A stretch of DNA of 20,000 nt from Albugo candida. Taxonomy: Eukaryota. Below, one piece after another: positions 18,396 through 20,000 of this stretch. The DNA lies in assembly GCA_040437565.1 (NCBI GenBank), contig JBDOQK010000062.1:179985-199984 (forward strand), given 5' to 3'. Under the pieces are notes generated by a model that was given only the letters and a program-made list of their open reading frames with translations, did no database searches and was not told the origin of the DNA. Numbering within the stretch: the first letter of the stretch is position 1; the number at the start of each line of letters is the position of its first letter. Made by a program: the position numbers and the translations under genes.

Positions 18396-20000
18396 AAATT
18401 ACGCTTACGTCTCGATTAAATTGAAGGGAGGTCCACTCAAGTTAATAGCACGCGATTGGTTATAACTCGATATGAACGCTAAACCTCATACAAATTTATG
18501 CAATGCAGCTTTCTTAAGATAATATCGAATCATTTATCAAGTTGAACGTTCTTTGTTTTGAATACTGTAAAGCAATCGTAATTATGCCGCTCATGCGCAA
18601 TGATAAGCGTTGATGTTTTGGCTGGGGAGTACAAAAACGCTACAGATTTGGTCACGGTAGGACGCTGCTTACATCAAAATGGGTTTTCCACCCTTGAATA
18701 AGACAGAATGAAGACGACGCAAAATGCGACGTATCTCGAAAGCCTTGACGCCATTTCATAAGTATACTTAGAAAACTTTATGCGTAACAAATTATTAGTG
18801 GCTACTGGTTGTATATTGTACAATTCAAGTTGACGGGGTGGCTCTTCAATTCTGCAGTTTTTCCGCGTACTTTGACTTTGTGGCAGAGCTTTTTGAAAAA
18901 CTAATAATCGGAATGGAATGGCTTTTGCAAACCGTCTATTACGTTCTGCCAAGGCTATCTAACTCTGGCACCATCACTCGAGTGTGCATCAGTTTGTAGA
19001 TCGGAGAAGCATACAAACGGCGCCTCCGACTGTAAACAAGTACCCAATATGGCTCTACTCGACCTCATTTTCGTATGGTTCGAAATAAACTTTACATCTC
19101 ACACATGCGTATGCTTCTATTTGTCGTCACACCAGTGTCATAGCTTGCGGATATCCATATATCCATGTTCGACCATTAACAATACATATTTACAATGCCT
19201 CGAATATGAAACAAACGACTGTCTAGAATACAGCAGAATACAAGAATAGATTTGCGGATGGAACGACTGTCCAAAGAATTGTACGGACACCGTATGGAAG
19301 CATAATCTCGAAAAATTATCAAAGTATGCCGTCTTTTTCATAACACGAAGTCTTAGCAATCGTTTTGATTCATACTTGCTATTCGTAACTATCTCTCAGC
19401 AAAATCGGATGGAAAATTCGAACTGAGGAAAGAAAATATCACCTGATGATGGGATTGTGCTGATGTTAGCGTTGATGTTGATGTTAACGGGACTGTTGAT
19501 CAAGGATGTTAAATTCTCTGCTCTCAAAGAACGAGAGATGAAAGTGACTCTTATTGCTCACTGTGACGGGCAACTGTTCTATACTTATCCCAAGCAGAGA
19601 ATTTTAGTAGAATGAGCACGCATGTGTGATAGAAGAGGGTTGTACTCCTTGTCATTTCCACATGCTCCAATTAAGGAAAAAATGCACATCAAACATTCGA
19701 CCTTTTCATTCTCTCTGGCAAGTGATCGCTGATACCCAAACACATGTTATCATAACGTTTGTGTGTATTTCCGTGAATGGTGGAATACTTCTTTCAGAAG
19801 TGTACTCATTTGTAATGACTCCTTTATTGTTGTCTGGTTTTACGTGTACGGTGTTTTCGCTATGATGTTTGACGTTTGATGTTTGTGAAGCAGCATGCAT
19901 TACGCAATGTACTGTGTCACGTCCATTCGCTTTCGTAGACGGCCATATTAGGCTGAAAGCACCGTATCCCGTCTGCTCTGCGAAGTTAAGCAGCCTCAAG

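Noticed and set aside
18396-20000. Short ORFs, including 19706-19999 (-) running off the window, and a GTTGAT microrepeat near 19470
   Set aside because: No recognisable domain or consistent exon chain. The last ORF could be the end of a gene outside the window but cannot be supported here.
1-20000. Prokaryotic defence island, CRISPR array, or rRNA/tRNA genes
   Set aside because: Spliceosomal introns and eukaryotic housekeeping genes occur throughout. No spaced direct-repeat array or structural RNA signature was seen.

Overview
Compact, intron-containing eukaryotic DNA that looks oomycete-like: GT-AG introns of about 42-58 nt, very short intergenic spaces, an RWP-RK factor and an Inr/FPR-like promoter. 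An Albugo-type genome is plausible but is not provable from sequence alone. In order: the 3' end of a centrin-3-like gene (+); an intronless 1113-aa 4TM-ankyrin-TIR-TIR protein (+); cullin-3 (-), whose last intron is an AT-AC minor-spliceosome (U12) intron; Mon1/SAND (+), head-to-head with CUL3; an RWP-RK transcription factor (+); a divergent Rab-like GTPase (+); a 4-exon C2-domain/perilipin-like protein (+); a coiled-coil hypothetical protein (-); and a CENP-B/pogo-type double-HTH protein with no transposase domain (-). Five 100-N gaps are each flanked by 92-188 bp duplicated overlaps, which are assembly artefacts, three with probable allelic SNPs. Top leads: the membrane-anchored ANK-TIR(Glu)-TIR(Gln) candidate NADase/signalling receptor, the U12 AT-AC intron just upstream of the CUL3 neddylation lysine, and the C2-perilipin-like fusion.
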